Below are positions 63,721 through 64,000 of a stretch of 64,000 nt of DNA, one piece after another (position 1 is the first letter of the stretch; every line of letters starts with the position of its first letter). The notes beneath the pieces were generated by a model that saw only the letters and a program-made list of their open reading frames with translations, was not told where the DNA came from and did not search any database. The translations under genes were made by a program, and so were the position numbers. Source of the stretch: Oscillospiraceae bacterium (GTDB lineage Bacteria; Bacillota; Clostridia; Oscillospirales; Acutalibacteraceae); contig SVPO01000001.1 in assembly GCA_015065795.1 (NCBI GenBank), positions 4,453 through 68,452 of the forward strand, given 5' to 3'.

Positions 63721-63797
63721 TAAGTGCTATATCCGCATCGACATTACTGTCGGTGCGGATTTTCTTTTTATCATGTGTGTGATCCCTTCATTACTGC

Positions 63798-63828
63798 CGG
63801 CTGCCAATTCTTGTGGCAGCCGTTTTTT
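63798..63828 (+). terminator. intrinsic terminator after the PAP2 gene
   Basis: CGGCTGCCA/TGGCAGCCG stem followed by TTTTTT. Confidence 0.75.
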
Positions 63829-63844
63829 GTTCATCTCTTTTGCG

Positions 63845-63886
63845 CGAAAAGATCGGGCGGCTGTCCCGATCACGGAACAGCCGCCC
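63845..63886 (-). terminator. terminator of the minus-strand gene entering from the right edge
   Basis: GGGCGGCTGT/ACAGCCGCCC stem. The minus strand is followed by GATCTTTTC. Confidence 0.55.
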
Positions 63887-63954
63887 TGGGTTATTTGCTT
63901 AGTGTCTCACTTCCTGAGCGCTTTGCACTCTTTCCGTAAACTGTAAGCCTCTGA

Positions 63955-64000
63955 TTATCTGCGAGCTGCAGAACCCTTCTTCTTGGTCAGGGTGAGGACG
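63955..64000 (-). CDS. 3' end of an unidentified CDS (partial at window edge)
   Basis: The minus frame reads ...VLTLTKKKGSAARR*, with stop at 63955-57 and a terminator downstream. Too short to name. Confidence 0.3.
   Translation of the reverse strand, partial: VLTLTKKKGSAARR

Overview
This is a 64-kb chromosomal window from a fairly GC-rich Gram-positive anaerobe. Hand counts give mid to high 50s % G+C in most genes, and GGAGG-type Shine-Dalgarno (SD) ribosome-binding sites (RBS) are used throughout. Gene content and protein style look Clostridia-like (Oscillospiraceae/Ruminococcaceae type), but that is inference only. I support about 63 protein genes and 2 tRNAs (Met-CAT, Glu-TTC). I found no rRNA, no CRISPR array, and no recognisable transposase, integrase, phage or plasmid gene. 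Housekeeping anchors are groES-groEL with a perfect CIRCE operator, tadA, tsaC/sua5, tcdA, nagA, two M42 peptidases, azlCD, an OmpR-type two-component system and a five-gene Opp-like ABC transporter. Hypothetical membrane, lipoprotein and envelope genes are interspersed among them. No locus is a clear-cut new system. The best leads are listed here. (1) An SPFH + zinc-ribbon + small-membrane-protein module resembling B. subtilis ydjI/ydjG/ydjH, without pspA, next to the two-component system and preceded by a 540-bp structured non-coding region. (2) A lower-GC envelope island (59.9-63.7 kb) with an E2-like acyltransferase carrying DERxxDG in place of DHRxxDG, an apparently exported PIG-L/LmbE deacetylase, and an AUR1/SMS-like PAP2 protein. 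(3) Two AT-richer insertions, each bracketed by perfect direct copies of a terminator hairpin (44 bp around one surface-protein gene; 31 bp around an XRE + SLOG/DUF1273 pair beside groESL). (4) A 455-bp ORF-free gap enriched in DnaA-box-like 9-mers. (5) A tandem ~0.8-kb segmental duplication in a lipocalin-like lipoprotein family that left a decayed gene remnant. (6) An Opp-type transporter with oversized binding protein and permease and oppositely charged ATPase extensions. All functional calls come from motifs recognised by eye in the supplied translations, with no database search. The many long antisense ORFs in the track are treated as codon-bias shadows.
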